64,000 nt of DNA, from the NCBI GenBank assembly GCA_963731975.1, contig CAVSXS010000007.1, forward strand, positions 76,479-140,478, read 5' to 3'. The DNA is from an uncultured Chloroflexia bacterium (GTDB lineage: Bacteria; Chloroflexota; Ktedonobacteria; Ktedonobacterales; Ktedonobacteraceae). The notes under the pieces were generated by a model. The model ran no database searches, was not told the DNA's origin, and was given only the letters and a program-made list of their open reading frames with translations. The position numbers were made by a program, and so were the translations under genes. Shown here piece after piece: positions 1 through 11,563 of this stretch (position 1 is its first letter; every line of letters begins with the position of its first letter).

Positions 1-516
<516 letters not shown>

Positions 517-545
517 TATCATTAGAAACCGCATAAACCTGTAAG

Positions 546-570
546 GGCGCGAGCTTTCGCGCCTTCTTCC
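546..570 (+). terminator. stem-loop with T-rich tail downstream of rpoC
   Basis: GGCGCGA (546-552) / TCGCGCC (557-563) form a 7-bp stem with a GCTT loop, followed by TTCTTCC. Confidence 0.4.
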
Positions 571-608
571 AGGCTAAAGCTTAAACAAGAGTTGGGAGAA
601 CGTGTTCA

Positions 609-1058
609 TTGCCGACTATTAACCAATTGATTCGTAAGGGCCGCTCTCGGAAGAAAGAGAAAGTCAAGGCCCCGGCGCTGCGATATTCGTTTAACGCGCT
701 GAAAAATAAGACACTATCTTTGCGTGGGTCTCCGCAGAAACGCGGCGTCTGCACCCAGGTGCGCACCATGACCCCCAAGAAACCGAACTCGGCAATGCGT
801 AAAATTGCTCGCGTTCGTTTAAGCAACCGGATGGAAGTCACCGCTTACATCCCCGGCGAAGGTCATAACCTTCAAGAGCACTCCGTCGTTCTTATTCGCG
901 GCGGGCGTGTGAAAGATCTGCCAAGCGTGCGCTATCATATTGTGCGCGGCACGCTGGACAGTGACGGCGTCTCGAAGCGCCGCCGTGGTCGCTCCCTCTA
1001 CGGGGCAAAGCGGCCAAAACCCGGACAGGCTGCCCCCGCAAAAGGCGGCAAAAAGTAG
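609..1058 (+). CDS. rpsL: 30S ribosomal protein S12
   Basis: TTG start. [12 protein letters not shown]...[10 protein letters not shown]...[17 protein letters not shown] is a canonical S12 sequence. C-terminal basic extension (149 aa). Confidence 0.97.
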   Translation: MPTINQLIRKGRSRKKEKVKAPALRYSFNALKNKTLSLRGSPQKRGVCTQVRTMTPKKPNSAMRKIARVRLSNRMEVTAYIPGEGHNLQEHSVVLIRGGRVKDLPSVRYHIVRGTLDSDGVSKRRRGRSLYGAKRPKPGQAAPAKGGKK

Positions 1059-1086
1059 GGACGCGAGGTATCGCGCCCATCTGTAG
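1055..1086. repeat. degenerate REP-like hairpin
   Basis: GTAGGGACGCGAGGTATCGCGCCC. The TAG at 1056-1058 is the rpsL stop codon. Confidence 0.5.
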
Positions 1087-1242
1087 CTAAAGTAAGGCTA
1101 CCCGATACCACCTGAACGCCTCAGATTCGACCCGTGAAGGGTACTGCAAGCAGGTAGGTCGGTAAATCATGCATCGTCAGGGATGGTTCACCTTTCCCCA
1201 GCGAGAAGGCGAGTGTTCTCCTCAATCCAACACGAGGCAACT

Positions 1243-1270
1243 GTAGGGGCGACCCTTGCGGTCGCCCGCC
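1243..1270. repeat. REP-like hairpin (GTAGGGGCGACC-N5-GGTCGCCCGCC unit)
   Basis: GTAGGGGCGACCCTTGCGGTCGCCCGCC in the S12-S7 spacer. Nearly the same 28-nt unit recurs at 32974, 50328 and 50416 (inverted). Confidence 0.8.
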
Positions 1271-1326
1271 AGATTGAGGATAGGCGCTCGCGTGAGGCGT
1301 CTGAAGATGATAGCAGGCTTGTGCCT

Positions 1327-1347
1327 GGCGTCATATCGACGCCTTTT
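1327..1347 (+). terminator. small hairpin plus T4 inside the S12-S7 spacer (possible attenuator)
   Basis: GGCGTC-ATATC-GACGCC followed by TTTT. Only a 6-bp stem, so weak. Confidence 0.3.
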
Positions 1348-1396
1348 GTGGTGTTTTGAAGAATCTCCATGTATTGGAAAAACGAGGAGACACGTC

Positions 1397-1867
1397 ATGC
1401 CGAGAAGAAAACGTGCAGTGCGGCGACCGGACTTGCCGGATGCGAAGTTTAAGAGTCGTAATGTCAATCGCTTCATTGGGAAAATGATGATGGATGGCAA
1501 GCGCAGCCTGGCCGAACGCATTATCTATACTGCCTTTGACCAGATCGAGGCCCGCCAGAAGCGCCCGCCGCTGGATGTGTTTGAGCAGGCATTGAAAAAT
1601 GCTACGCCCACCCTGGAAGTCAAGCCCCGCCGCGTCGGCGGCTCGACCTATCAGGTACCCATTGACATCCGCAAGGATCGCGGCAACGCGCTGGCAATGC
1701 GCTGGCTGATCCGTTCCGCCCGCACGCGCTCCGGCAAGACGATGGCGGAGAGGCTGGCGAACGAGCTGATGGACGCCGCCGCCGGTCAGGGCGCAACCAT
1801 TAAGAAACGTGAGGAAACCCATAAGATGGCGGAGTCGAACAAAGCCTTCGCGCATTATCGCTGGTAA
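1397..1867 (+). CDS. rpsG: 30S ribosomal protein S7
   Basis: ATG at 1397 preceded by [46 protein letters not shown] is a canonical S7 N-terminus. The longer ORF from 1256 was rejected. Confidence 0.96.
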   Translation: MPRRKRAVRRPDLPDAKFKSRNVNRFIGKMMMDGKRSLAERIIYTAFDQIEARQKRPPLDVFEQALKNATPTLEVKPRRVGGSTYQVPIDIRKDRGNALAMRWLIRSARTRSGKTMAERLANELMDAAAGQGATIKKREETHKMAESNKAFAHYRW

Positions 1868-1896
1868 AGCCTCTTGCCTGTTCGGGTGAGGCTTTT
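1866..1896 (+). terminator. hairpin overlapping the rpsG stop codon
   Basis: AAAGCCTC (1866-1873) / GAGGCTTT (1888-1895) form an 8-bp stem with a short T run. Confidence 0.35.
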
Positions 1897-1901
1897 CAAA
1901 C

Positions 1902-1926
1902 GGGCGACCTCAAGAGTCGCCCCTAC
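1902..1926. repeat. REP-like hairpin (inverted orientation)
   Basis: GGGCGACCTCAAGAGTCGCCCCTAC between rpsG and fusA. Confidence 0.7.
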
Positions 1927-1960
1927 AGGAGCGGCCCGAACAGAGGAGTAACACTTTCAC

Positions 1961-4036
1961 ATGTCTAGAGAATTTCCACTGGAAAAAACACGAAATATTG
2001 GTATCATTGCTCATATTGACGCTGGGAAAACGACCACCACCGAGCGTGTACTTTTCTATACCAAAAAAATCCATCGCATGGGTGAGGTACACGAAGGGGC
2101 CGCGACGATGGACTGGATGCCGCAGGAGCAGGAGCGAGGCATTACGATTACCTCCGCCGCCACCACCTGCTTCTGGCTCGATAACCGCATTAATATCATC
2201 GATACGCCCGGTCACGTCGATTTTACCGCTGAGGTCGAGCGTTCTTTGCGCGTGCTGGATGGCGGCGTGGTCGTCTTCGACGCGGTGGCCGGCGTCGAGC
2301 CGCAATCGGAGACCGTCTGGCGTCAAGCGAACAAGTATAACGTCCCTCGCATCTGCTTCGTCAACAAAATGGATCGCATCGGCGCTGATTTCTGGCGCAC
2401 GGTTGACATGATCCGTGAGCGACTGGGTGCGGTTCCCGTACCCATTCAGATTCCCATCGGTCAGGAAAGCAATTTCAAAGGATTTATCGACCTTATCGAC
2501 CAGCAAGCTATCGTTTTTACCGATGACCTGGGAACCAAATCCGACCATACCGAGGTGCCGACCAGTATGGAAGCCGAGTACGAGCAGCACCGCGAGGCGC
2601 TGATCGAGCGTATCGCGGAGACGGATGAAGAGTTGACCCTCAAATACCTTGAGGGCGTGGAGATTACCAAAGAGGAGATGATTGCGGCCCTGCGCAAGGC
2701 TACCATTGCCGGAGCGCTCGTTCCGGTACTGTGTGGCTCGGCTCTTAAAAACAAGGGCGTGCAGGCCATGCTCGACGCGGTTATTACCTATCTCCCCTCT
2801 CCTCTCGACATTCCTCCTCCCACCGGCCTCGATCCAGTCACCAATGAGACCGTCACGCGCGAAGTGAGCGATAACGCGCCATTCAGCGCGCTGGTCTTCA
2901 AAATCGTCTCCGATCCCTTTGTGGGGCGCCTCTCGTACCTGCGTGTCTATTCCGGCGCGCTGACGAAAGGTGGCTCCATCGAGAACAGCACAAAGGACAA
3001 GTCCGAACGGGTCGGTCGCCTGCTGCGTATGCATGCTAATCACCGCGAGGATATCGAAGAAATTCGCGCCGGTGACATCTGTGCAGCCGTTGGCCTGCGC
3101 AACACCTTTACCGGCGACACGCTCTGCGATGCGAACCACCCGATTATTCTGGAATCCATCACCTTCCCGCAGCCCGTCATCGAGATCGCCATCGAGCCGA
3201 AGACCAGGGCAGACCAGGATAAGATGTCCATTGCCCTCAATAAACTGACGGAAGAAGATCCCACCTTCCAGTTGCATACCGATCTGGATAGCGGGCAGAC
3301 CATCATCGCCGGCATGGGCGAGCTGCACCTGGAAGTGATCGTAGACCGCCTGTTCCGCGAATTTAAGGTAGAGGCAAACGTAGGTCGCCCGCAGGTGGCC
3401 TATCGTGAGACCATCACCCGCGAGGCGCAGGCCCAGGGCAAGCACGTCCGGCAGACGGGCGGCCACGGGCAATACGGCGACGTGTGGATTCGCGTCGCTC
3501 CCAACGAGCGCGGCAAGGGCTTTGAGTTCGTCAATGCTATTGTTGGCGGCTCCGTGCCAAGAGAATATATCAAACCCGTCGAGAACGGCATCCGCGAAAC
3601 ATTGGAGAACGGCATCCTGGCCGGGTACCCGATGATCGATGTGAAAGCCACGCTCTACGATGGATCGTACCACGAAGTTGACTCGAACGAAATGGCCTTC
3701 AAGACTGCCGGTTCGCTGGCGGTCAAAGAGGCTGCGCGTAAAGCCGGGCCTGTCCTGCTTGAGCCAATCATGCTGGTGGAGATCACCACCTCCGAAGAAT
3801 TCTACGGCGATATCATCGGTGACCTGAACCGGCGCCGTGGAACCATCATGGGTATGGATAACCGGGGAACGATGGTGGTAGTGCGGGGCCATGTCCCCCT
3901 GGCCGAAATGTTTGGCTATGTGAATGACCTCCGCTCGATGACCAGCGGCCGCGCCAACTATTCGATGGAATTTTCTCATTATGACCCTGTACCAAAGGGC
4001 ATCGCCGAGACTATCATTGCGAAGTCCACAAGGTGA
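1961..4036 (+). CDS. fusA: elongation factor G
   Basis: 691 aa. [21 protein letters not shown]-domain, DTPGHVDF and full-length EF-G architecture. Lies in the str operon. Confidence 0.98.
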   Translation: MSREFPLEKTRNIGIIAHIDAGKTTTTERVLFYTKKIHRMGEVHEGAATMDWMPQEQERGITITSAATTCFWLDNRINIIDTPGHVDFTAEVERSLRVLDGGVVVFDAVAGVEPQSETVWRQANKYNVPRICFVNKMDRIGADFWRTVDMIRERLGAVPVPIQIPIGQESNFKGFIDLIDQQAIVFTDDLGTKSDHTEVPTSMEAEYEQHREALIERIAETDEELTLKYLEGVEITKEEMIAALRKATIAGALVPVLCGSALKNKGVQAMLDAVITYLPSPLDIPPPTGLDPVTNETVTREVSDNAPFSALVFKIVSDPFVGRLSYLRVYSGALTKGGSIENSTKDKSERVGRLLRMHANHREDIEEIRAGDICAAVGLRNTFTGDTLCDANHPIILESITFPQPVIEIAIEPKTRADQDKMSIALNKLTEEDPTFQLHTDLDSGQTIIAGMGELHLEVIVDRLFREFKVEANVGRPQVAYRETITREAQAQGKHVRQTGGHGQYGDVWIRVAPNERGKGFEFVNAIVGGSVPREYIKPVENGIRETLENGILAGYPMIDVKATLYDGSYHEVDSNEMAFKTAGSLAVKEAARKAGPVLLEPIMLVEITTSEEFYGDIIGDLNRRRGTIMGMDNRGTMVVVRGHVPLAEMFGYVNDLRSMTSGRANYSMEFSHYDPVPKGIAETIIAKSTR

Positions 4037-4042
4037 TGCTTA

Positions 4043-4069
4043 GTGGGACGCAAAGTATGGCGTCCCTAC
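4043..4069. repeat. REP-like hairpin variant / terminator after fusA
   Basis: GTGGGACGC-AAAGTATG-GCGTCCCTAC with a 7-bp stem. Confidence 0.55.
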
Positions 4070-4269
4070 GAAAAGATGCATGCAAGCCCAGGAGCCAAGA
4101 TCAGGGGAGAGGCCTACCGGGCAGCATCTATCACTTCGAAGTCGCGCCAGCAGGATGGCTGGCAAACGAAATGAATGAAAGACAATGAGTGCTGTAGCAA
4201 GGGTGCAGCCCCTGACGCACGTATGCACTGAGCACTGAAAATTCCTTAGAGGAGGATAGAGTAACACTC

Positions 4270-5478
<1,209 letters not shown>

Positions 5479-5488
5479 ACTGATTAAC

Positions 5489-5516
5489 GTAGGGGCGACC
5501 TTCAAGGTCGCCCCTA
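5489..5516. repeat. REP-like hairpin
   Basis: GTAGGGGCGACCTTCAAGGTCGCCCCTAT between tuf and rpsJ. Confidence 0.8.
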
Positions 5517-5530
5517 TAGAGGAGATACAC

Positions 5531-5848
5531 ATGGCAACCGGAACGAAACAGCGCATTCGTATTCGCCTGAAGGCATACGATCACCGCATCCTCGATCAGT
5601 CGGCGATGCAGATTGTCGATACGGCGCAGCAGACCGGCGCGCGGGTCTCAGGCCCGATCCCCCTGCCCACAGAGATCGACAAATATACCGTGATGCGCTC
5701 GCCCTTCATTGACAAGGACGCGCGCGATCAATTTGAAATGCGTACGCACAAACGCCTGATCGACATTATTGAGCCGACCAACAAAACAGTTGAGGCGCTG
5801 ACACGATTGAATCTGCCCGCAGGCGTAGATATCGAAATCAAACTGTAG
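5531..5848 (+). CDS. rpsJ: 30S ribosomal protein S10
   Basis: ATG at 5531 after [29 protein letters not shown] is a canonical S10 N-terminus. Confidence 0.96.
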   Translation: MATGTKQRIRIRLKAYDHRILDQSAMQIVDTAQQTGARVSGPIPLPTEIDKYTVMRSPFIDKDARDQFEMRTHKRLIDIIEPTNKTVEALTRLNLPAGVDIEIKL

Positions 5849-5866
5849 CCTCGCCCGCGCAACACC

Positions 5867-5892
5867 GTAGGGGCCGAATTATCGGCCAGTAC
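5867..5892. repeat. REP-like hairpin variant
   Basis: GTAGGGGCCGAATTATCGGCCAGTAC between rpsJ and rplC. Confidence 0.5.
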
Positions 5893-5938
5893 GGGTTTAC
5901 GGATGGAGATGCGACTACAGAGGGAAGAGAGAAAAGAT

Positions 5939-6736
5939 ATGCTCAGTGGTTTGTTGGGCAGGAAAGTCGGCATGACTCAGGTGTTCGGGCCAAATGGGAC
6001 GGTCATCCCCGTGACCGTCATCGAGGCTGGCCCGTGCATCGTGACGCAAATCAAGACGACTGCCCATGATGGATATGATGGTGTCCAGATCGGTTTTGAG
6101 CAGAAACGGCTGAAGAAGGCCGTTCGCCCTGAACTGGGACATCTCGGACACAGCCTGCCCTTACTAAAGGGGCAGCGCAAGCGCCTTCAGGCGTACCAGC
6201 AGGAACAGCGCGGGAAGAAATCCGGCGAAGAGGAGACCGAGGCGAAAAAGGATAAGCAGATCGAAAAACTGCTCAAGGTATCGCAAAATCGCCAGCGCCG
6301 CCCAGGTCCTGAACTTGGACCGTTCAAGGTGCTGCGCGAGGTGCGCTTGCAGGAAGGCATAGGCCTGGAAGGGATTGAGCTTGGCACGCAGTTCGATGCC
6401 AGCCTGTTCCGCGCCGGCGAATCGGTCGATATCGTCGGAACATCCAAAGGAAAAGGCTTCCAGGGCGGCGTCAGGCGCTGGGGATTTGCCGGTGGGCCGA
6501 AAACGCACGGTCAGTCCGACCGCACGCGTGCCCCTGGCTCGATTGGCTCCGGCACAACGCCCGGTCGCGTGCTGAAAGGTACGCACATGGCCGGTCACAT
6601 GGGCGATGACCGCGTGACCGCGAAGAAACTGCAAGTGATTCAAGCTGATCCTGAGCGAAACCTGCTCCTCGTCAAGGGGTCTGTCCCTGGCGCGAATGGC
6701 GGGCTGCTCATGATTAAGAAGCATGTGATGAGGTAA
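5939..6736 (+). CDS. rplC: 50S ribosomal protein L3 (with ~60-aa internal insertion)
   Basis: MLSGLLGRKVGMTQVF...TSKGKGFQGGVRRW...NLLLVKGSVPG are canonical L3 blocks. 266 aa. Confidence 0.95.
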   Translation: MLSGLLGRKVGMTQVFGPNGTVIPVTVIEAGPCIVTQIKTTAHDGYDGVQIGFEQKRLKKAVRPELGHLGHSLPLLKGQRKRLQAYQQEQRGKKSGEEETEAKKDKQIEKLLKVSQNRQRRPGPELGPFKVLREVRLQEGIGLEGIELGTQFDASLFRAGESVDIVGTSKGKGFQGGVRRWGFAGGPKTHGQSDRTRAPGSIGSGTTPGRVLKGTHMAGHMGDDRVTAKKLQVIQADPERNLLLVKGSVPGANGGLLMIKKHVMR

Positions 6737-6742
6737 ACCGCA

Positions 6743-7540
6743 ATGCCTTCGACTACAGTGTATAACATGGCTGGTGAAGCCGTAGAACAGCTCGAGCTGA
6801 GCGAGCAGGTATTCGGAGTTATCCCCAACGTGGCGGTTCTGCACCAGGTTGTCACCGCGCAACTGGTCAATCGCCGCCAGGGCAATGCTTCGACGAAAAC
6901 GCGCAGCGAGGTATCGGGCGGGGGTAAAAAGCCCTATAAACAAAAAGGCACGGGCCACGCCCGGCAGGGCAGCAGCCGCGCCCCGCAATTCCGCCATGGT
7001 GGTGTTGTATTTGGCCCCAGGCCGCACAAGTATCATCATGATGTGCCTAAGAAGATGCGCCGTCTCGCCATCAGGTCCGCCCTGTCGGACAAGGTTGCGA
7101 ATGAGCGGTTGATCGTGGTCAACGAACTGACGATGGAAACGCCTCGCACGAAAGATATGCAGGCATTGCTCGCCCGTCTTCCCATCGAGGGGAAAAAGGT
7201 GCTGATGATGCTGCCAGGCCGCGACGAGAATATTGTGCTATCGACGCGCAACATTCCTACTGCCAAGGTGCAGCATGTCTCTTCGATCAACGTGGTTGAG
7301 CTGCTCAAGCACGATTGCGTGATAATGCCCAAACAGACGGTTCGCTGGATCGAGTTGGTTTTCGGCGAAGGATTGAGCGCCGAGGAAGCAAGCCAGCGCA
7401 TCGTCGATCAGTCTGAGGCCGAATTTGAGACTGAAGCCGAGGCAGAGCTTGAGGCTCAGACCGAGGCCGAGTCTCAGGCACCGGAAGCCGAGTCAGAAGA
7501 GACAATCGGCGAGATCGGCGAGATCGGCGAGGAGGCATAG
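6743..7540 (+). CDS. rplD: 50S ribosomal protein L4 (acidic C-terminal tail)
   Basis: GGGKKPYKQKGTGHARQGS motif. 265 aa. S10-operon position. Confidence 0.95.
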   Translation: MPSTTVYNMAGEAVEQLELSEQVFGVIPNVAVLHQVVTAQLVNRRQGNASTKTRSEVSGGGKKPYKQKGTGHARQGSSRAPQFRHGGVVFGPRPHKYHHDVPKKMRRLAIRSALSDKVANERLIVVNELTMETPRTKDMQALLARLPIEGKKVLMMLPGRDENIVLSTRNIPTAKVQHVSSINVVELLKHDCVIMPKQTVRWIELVFGEGLSAEEASQRIVDQSEAEFETEAEAELEAQTEAESQAPEAESEETIGEIGEIGEEA

Positions 7541-7542
7541 GC

Positions 7543-7845
7543 ATGGAAATCACAGAGATATTGCGGCACGGTATCGTCACTGAGAAGACGGTGCGGCTCG
7601 CAAACGACAATAACCAGTACACCTTCAAGGTGGCGCTGACCGCGAATAAGATCGAAATTCGCAAGGCCGTTGAGGAGATGTTCAAAGTGCATGTTCTCAA
7701 GGTCAACACGATGCGAATGCCGGGTAAGAATCGAATGCTGCGGAGGAGAGGCGGCTCTGCTCCCCGTTTGATGCCGGCCCGCGAATGGAAGAAGGCGATT
7801 GTGACCCTGGCACCAGGCGAATCAATCGACATATTGAAGGCATAA
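7543..7845 (+). CDS. rplW: 50S ribosomal protein L23
   Basis: 100 aa. ...ANKIEIRKAVEEMFKVHVLKVNT... Lies between L4 and L2. Confidence 0.95.
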   Translation: MEITEILRHGIVTEKTVRLANDNNQYTFKVALTANKIEIRKAVEEMFKVHVLKVNTMRMPGKNRMLRRRGGSAPRLMPAREWKKAIVTLAPGESIDILKA

Positions 7846-7860
7846 GGAGCGGGTTGAAAG

Positions 7861-8697
7861 ATGCCTATTCGACAGTATAAACCAACGTCTCCTGGCCGTC
7901 GCGGCATGTCGGTCTCGACGTTCGAGGAGATTACGAAGACGAAGCCGGAGAAATCCCTGACAGTCCGGCTGAAGAAGCATTCCGGGCGCAACAACCAGGG
8001 CAAGATCACCGTTCGTCATCGCGGCGGCGGGGCTAAGCGCGCTTATCGTCTGATCGACTTCAAGCGTAACAAACTTGAAGTTCCGGCGAAGGTGGCTGCC
8101 ATCGAATACGATCCAAATCGTTCGGCGCGTATCGCGCTGTTGCATTATCTGGATGGCGAGAAGCGCTATATCCTCGCTCCGGTCGGGTTGAAAGTGGGCG
8201 ATAGGGTCGTAGCCGGCCCGGAAGCCGATATCAAGCCGGGCAATGCTCTTCCTTTGAAGAACATTCCGACCGGCACGACCATCCATAACATCGAACTGAC
8301 GCGGGGACACGGCGGCCAGATGGTGCGCGGCGCGGGTGCAGGCGCGCAGTTGATGGCGAAGGAGGGTGACTACGCGCAGGTGCGTTTGCCGTCGGGCGAG
8401 CAGCGCCGCGTGCATATCCTCTGCATGGCGACCATTGGACAGGTTGGCAACATCGATCATGAGAACATCAACCTCGGCAAGGCCGGGCGGTCGCGCCACA
8501 TGGGGCGACGCCCCACCGTCAGAGGCTCCGTCATGAACCCGCGCGATCATCCACATGGCGGCGGCGAGGGACGCGCGCCGATCGGTGGGCAGCCACAGAC
8601 GCCCTGGGGCAAGCCCGCGCTGGGTTACAAGACGCGCCACAACAAGCGCACCAACAAGTATATCGTGCGCGGTCGCAATGCCGGCAGGAGGAAGTAG
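7861..8697 (+). CDS. rplB: 50S ribosomal protein L2
   Basis: 278 aa. [15 protein letters not shown]...[13 protein letters not shown] motifs. Confidence 0.98.
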   Translation: MPIRQYKPTSPGRRGMSVSTFEEITKTKPEKSLTVRLKKHSGRNNQGKITVRHRGGGAKRAYRLIDFKRNKLEVPAKVAAIEYDPNRSARIALLHYLDGEKRYILAPVGLKVGDRVVAGPEADIKPGNALPLKNIPTGTTIHNIELTRGHGGQMVRGAGAGAQLMAKEGDYAQVRLPSGEQRRVHILCMATIGQVGNIDHENINLGKAGRSRHMGRRPTVRGSVMNPRDHPHGGGEGRAPIGGQPQTPWGKPALGYKTRHNKRTNKYIVRGRNAGRRK

Positions 8698-8700
8698 CAT

Positions 8701-8988
8701 ATGTCTCGCTCAAGGAAAAAGGGGCCGTACATTCACGAGTCCCTTCGCAAGAAAGTCCTGGTGATGTTGAAGAGCGGCGACCGCAGGGTGATTAAGACCT
8801 GGTCGCGCGCTTCAACCATCTTCCCCCAGATGGTGGGTATGACGATTGGCGTCCATAACGGCAAAACGCATATACCCATCTACATTACGGAGAATATGGT
8901 GGGTCATAAACTGGGTGAGTTTTCCCCCACGCGACACTTCCGGGGTCACGCGGGCGGGAAGAATGAAAAGACCACGTCGGTCCGCTGA
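8701..8988 (+). CDS. rpsS: 30S ribosomal protein S19
   Basis: [15 protein letters not shown]...[25 protein letters not shown]. Confidence 0.97.
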   Translation: MSRSRKKGPYIHESLRKKVLVMLKSGDRRVIKTWSRASTIFPQMVGMTIGVHNGKTHIPIYITENMVGHKLGEFSPTRHFRGHAGGKNEKTTSVR

Positions 8989-8996
8989 GGTGAAAG

Positions 8997-9347
8997 ATGC
9001 AAGTTCGAGCTATTGCAAGAGATATTGGAATACCACCGCGCAAGATGCGACTGGTCACGAATGCCGTCAAGGGGCTTCGCGTTAACGAAGCTCTGGCGTA
9101 TCTCCAGTTTATGCCCAACGCGGGAGCAAAACCTGTCAGCAAGGTCGTGGCATCCGCGGCGGCCAATGCCGAAAATAACTACAATTTGGACCCAGATGAT
9201 TTGTTCATTCTGAATATTGTGACGGATGATTCGTTTCGCATTAAGCGCGTTAAGGCGCGACCGCATGGTCGAGCGGGTCGCATTTTGCGCCGCTTTTGTC
9301 ATGTGACAGTTGTTGTCTCAGATGATCCGGCAGATGCTGGTCGTTAG
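8997..9347 (+). CDS. rplV: 50S ribosomal protein L22
   Basis: 116 aa. ...[25 protein letters not shown]... Position in the S10 operon. Confidence 0.95.
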   Translation: MQVRAIARDIGIPPRKMRLVTNAVKGLRVNEALAYLQFMPNAGAKPVSKVVASAAANAENNYNLDPDDLFILNIVTDDSFRIKRVKARPHGRAGRILRRFCHVTVVVSDDPADAGR

Positions 9348-9370
9348 GGACGCTAAAAAGGAGGACACTT

Positions 9371-10528
9371 TTGGGACACAAAGTGAATCCCATCGGTTTC
9401 AGGCTCGGCGTCGTTAAAGGCTGGCAGTCTCGCTGGTTTGCCGAGCGCGATTATAAGGATCTCCTGAAGGAAGATTTCAAGCTGCGCAAGCTGATTCAGA
9501 AGGAGTTGGCGAATGCATCGATCTCGCGCATCGAGATCGAGCGCGCTGCTGCCAACCAGGTCACGGTCACTATCCATACCGCCAAACCCGGTATTGTGAT
9601 CGGCAAGAGCGGCGAAAAGGTCGATAGACTGCGCACCACTCTCGAAAAGGCCACCAAGAAGCGTGTGAAGCTCAACATTCTGGAGATTCGCCAGCCCGAG
9701 ATGGACGCTTACCTGGTGGCGCGCAGCATCGCAGAACAGCTGGAGAAACGCATTTCGTTCCGTCGCGCCATGAAGCAGTCCGTGCAGAGGACCATGCGCG
9801 CCAACGCGAAGGGCATCCGTATCGTCGTTGGCGGGCGACTGGGTGGCGCGGAAATCGCGCGCTCGGAGAAAGAGGTCGAGGGGAAGATTCCCCTGCACAC
9901 GCTGCGCGCCGACATCGATTATGGGTTCTCGGAAGCGCACACGACCTTTGGCGTCATCGGTATCAAAGTCTGGATTTATAAAGGCGATATCCTGCCCAGC
10001 AAGCGCCGCGAAGCGCTCCAGGGCATCCAGGAAGAAAGCCCCTTCACCTCGGAGCGAGGCGAGGGTGGCGAGCGCCGCGACCGGCGAGCGCCGCGTGGCG
10101 ACCGAGGTGAGCGCGGGGAGCGCAGCGGCGGCGCGAGAGGCGAACGGAGCGACCGACCTCGTACCGATCGTCCGGCTCGCCCGCAGGGTGAGCGAAGCGC
10201 CAGCGCTCGTGGCGGCGACCGCCCGCAGGGGCAGGGACAGGCAGACCGCCCACGTGGCGAGCGCAGCAGCGTTAGCGCACCGCGCGCACCACGCGCGCCG
10301 CGCCCGCAGGGCGATCGTCCGGCTCGCCCGCCCAAGGCTGAGGAGACGACTGCACAGGCAATTGCGCAGCCTGCAACTGAACCGGAGCAGACGCCCATCG
10401 TTGACACCAACACCAGCGCACCCGTGCAGGAGCAGGTTCAGGTTCAGGCGCAACAGGTGCAACAGGCTCCCGAGGCGCAACAGGTGCAAGAGGTGCAGCC
10501 GGAAACAAACGCTCCTGAGAGCGAATAG
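9371..10528 (+). CDS. rpsC: 30S ribosomal protein S3 (with ~170-aa low-complexity C-terminal extension)
   Basis: TTG start after [32 protein letters not shown] plus KH and S3-C domains. 385 aa. Confidence 0.95.
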   Translation: MGHKVNPIGFRLGVVKGWQSRWFAERDYKDLLKEDFKLRKLIQKELANASISRIEIERAAANQVTVTIHTAKPGIVIGKSGEKVDRLRTTLEKATKKRVKLNILEIRQPEMDAYLVARSIAEQLEKRISFRRAMKQSVQRTMRANAKGIRIVVGGRLGGAEIARSEKEVEGKIPLHTLRADIDYGFSEAHTTFGVIGIKVWIYKGDILPSKRREALQGIQEESPFTSERGEGGERRDRRAPRGDRGERGERSGGARGERSDRPRTDRPARPQGERSASARGGDRPQGQGQADRPRGERSSVSAPRAPRAPRPQGDRPARPPKAEETTAQAIAQPATEPEQTPIVDTNTSAPVQEQVQVQAQQVQQAPEAQQVQEVQPETNAPESE

Positions 10529-10543
10529 AGGAGAAACGAAGCC

Positions 10544-10975
10544 ATGTTACTGGCACCGTCACGATATAAATACCGCAAGCAGCATCGCGGTCGCATGAGA
10601 GGTACTGCCCAGCGTGGCAGCAGCATCTCCTTCGGCGAGTTCGCATTGCAGGCGTTGGAGCCGTGCTGGTTGGAGGCGCGACAGATCGAGTCCGCTCGTA
10701 TCGCGCTCACCCGCTTTATGAAACGCGGCGGCAAAGTATGGATCCGCGTCTTCCCAGATAAGCCGATTACCGCCAAGCCTGCCGAAACCCGTATGGGTAG
10801 CGGTAAAGGGGCCGTCGATCATTATGTCGCCGTAGTCAAGCCGGGTCGCATAATCTTCGAGATTGGCGGCGTAAGTGAGGAGATTGCGAAAGAGGCGGTG
10901 CGCCTGGCAAGCCATAAGCTGCCGATCAGGACCCGCTTTTTGACACGAGGGGAGACCGAAAGTGCCGAAGCTTAA
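10544..10975 (+). CDS. rplP: 50S ribosomal protein L16
   Basis: [20 protein letters not shown]...[21 protein letters not shown]. Confidence 0.97.
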   Translation: MLLAPSRYKYRKQHRGRMRGTAQRGSSISFGEFALQALEPCWLEARQIESARIALTRFMKRGGKVWIRVFPDKPITAKPAETRMGSGKGAVDHYVAVVKPGRIIFEIGGVSEEIAKEAVRLASHKLPIRTRFLTRGETESAEA

Positions 10976-11171
10976 AGAACGTCGCAAGCAAATTGCCGAA
11001 ATGCCGATCGGAGAAGCACAACGCGAGTTGAAAGACTTGCGCATGAAACTTTTCAACCTGCGCTTGCAGCAGCAGCGCGGAGAGATAAAAAATAATCGGG
11101 CGTTTACGCAAACGAAGAAAGATATCGCTCGCGTGCTGTTCCGGTTGAAGCAGTTGGAGGCTGAAGCATGA
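10962..11171 (+). CDS. rpmC: 50S ribosomal protein L29
   Basis: GTG start overlapping the rplP end by 14 nt. ...[23 protein letters not shown]. Confidence 0.93.
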   Translation: MPKLKERRKQIAEMPIGEAQRELKDLRMKLFNLRLQQQRGEIKNNRAFTQTKKDIARVLFRLKQLEAEA

Positions 11172-11548
11172 CGCAGCAAGTACAGCAGACCGGCCAGGCC
11201 GCTGAAGTGAAATCGCGCCGCCAACAGAAGGTGGGCGTGGTGGTCAGCACGAAAATGCAGAAGACCATCGTCGTCGGGGTAGAGTCGCTCAAGAAGCATC
11301 GCATTTACAAGCGAACCTACAAGCAGACGAAACATTTCTACGCGCACGACGAGGAAAACACCTGCCAGGTCGGCGACACAGTACGTATCCAGGAGAGCCG
11401 CCCGATCAGCAAAACCAAACGCTGGCGGTTGGTCGAGATCATCAAACGGGGCAGCGGCATCGTCCCGGTGAATGAATTAATGGCCGGGGTTGATCCAGAC
11501 CTGACCTCCGACGAGGCAGACGAGGCAGAGGCCACCGAGGAAGCATAA
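11168..11548 (+). CDS. rpsQ: 30S ribosomal protein S17 (N- and acidic C-terminal extensions)
   Basis: ATGA overlap with rpm[17 protein letters not shown]...[18 protein letters not shown]...[11 protein letters not shown]. Confidence 0.95.
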   Translation: MTQQVQQTGQAAEVKSRRQQKVGVVVSTKMQKTIVVGVESLKKHRIYKRTYKQTKHFYAHDEENTCQVGDTVRIQESRPISKTKRWRLVEIIKRGSGIVPVNELMAGVDPDLTSDEADEAEATEEA

Positions 11549-11563
11549 GGAGGATCATTCAGC

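Noticed and set aside
1256-1396. Upstream ATG extensions offered by the ORF track for rpsG (1256), rpsJ (5417), rplC (5903), rplT (38877), rpsF (36205), accC (44727), crotonase (52530), gdh (28630) and the PPIase (34653).
   Set aside because: In each case an internal start with a proper Shine-Dalgarno sequence aligns with the conserved N-terminus of the family. The extensions run through REP hairpins or upstream spacers.
1910-3979. 689-aa ORF antisense to fusA.
   Set aside because: This is a shadow ORF typical of GC-rich coding DNA. Its composition is Arg/Gly/His/Ala-rich with no recognisable domain, while the + strand encodes a full-length canonical EF-G.
4037-4269. Possible tRNA genes in the fusA-tuf spacer (as with tRNAs upstream of tufB in E. 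coli), and in other large spacers (18529-18753, 49642-49869, 55020-55613, 58471-58683).
   Set aside because: No cloverleaf could be drawn and no GGTTCGAATCC-type T-arm or conserved D-arm sequences are present. Only simple hairpins are seen.
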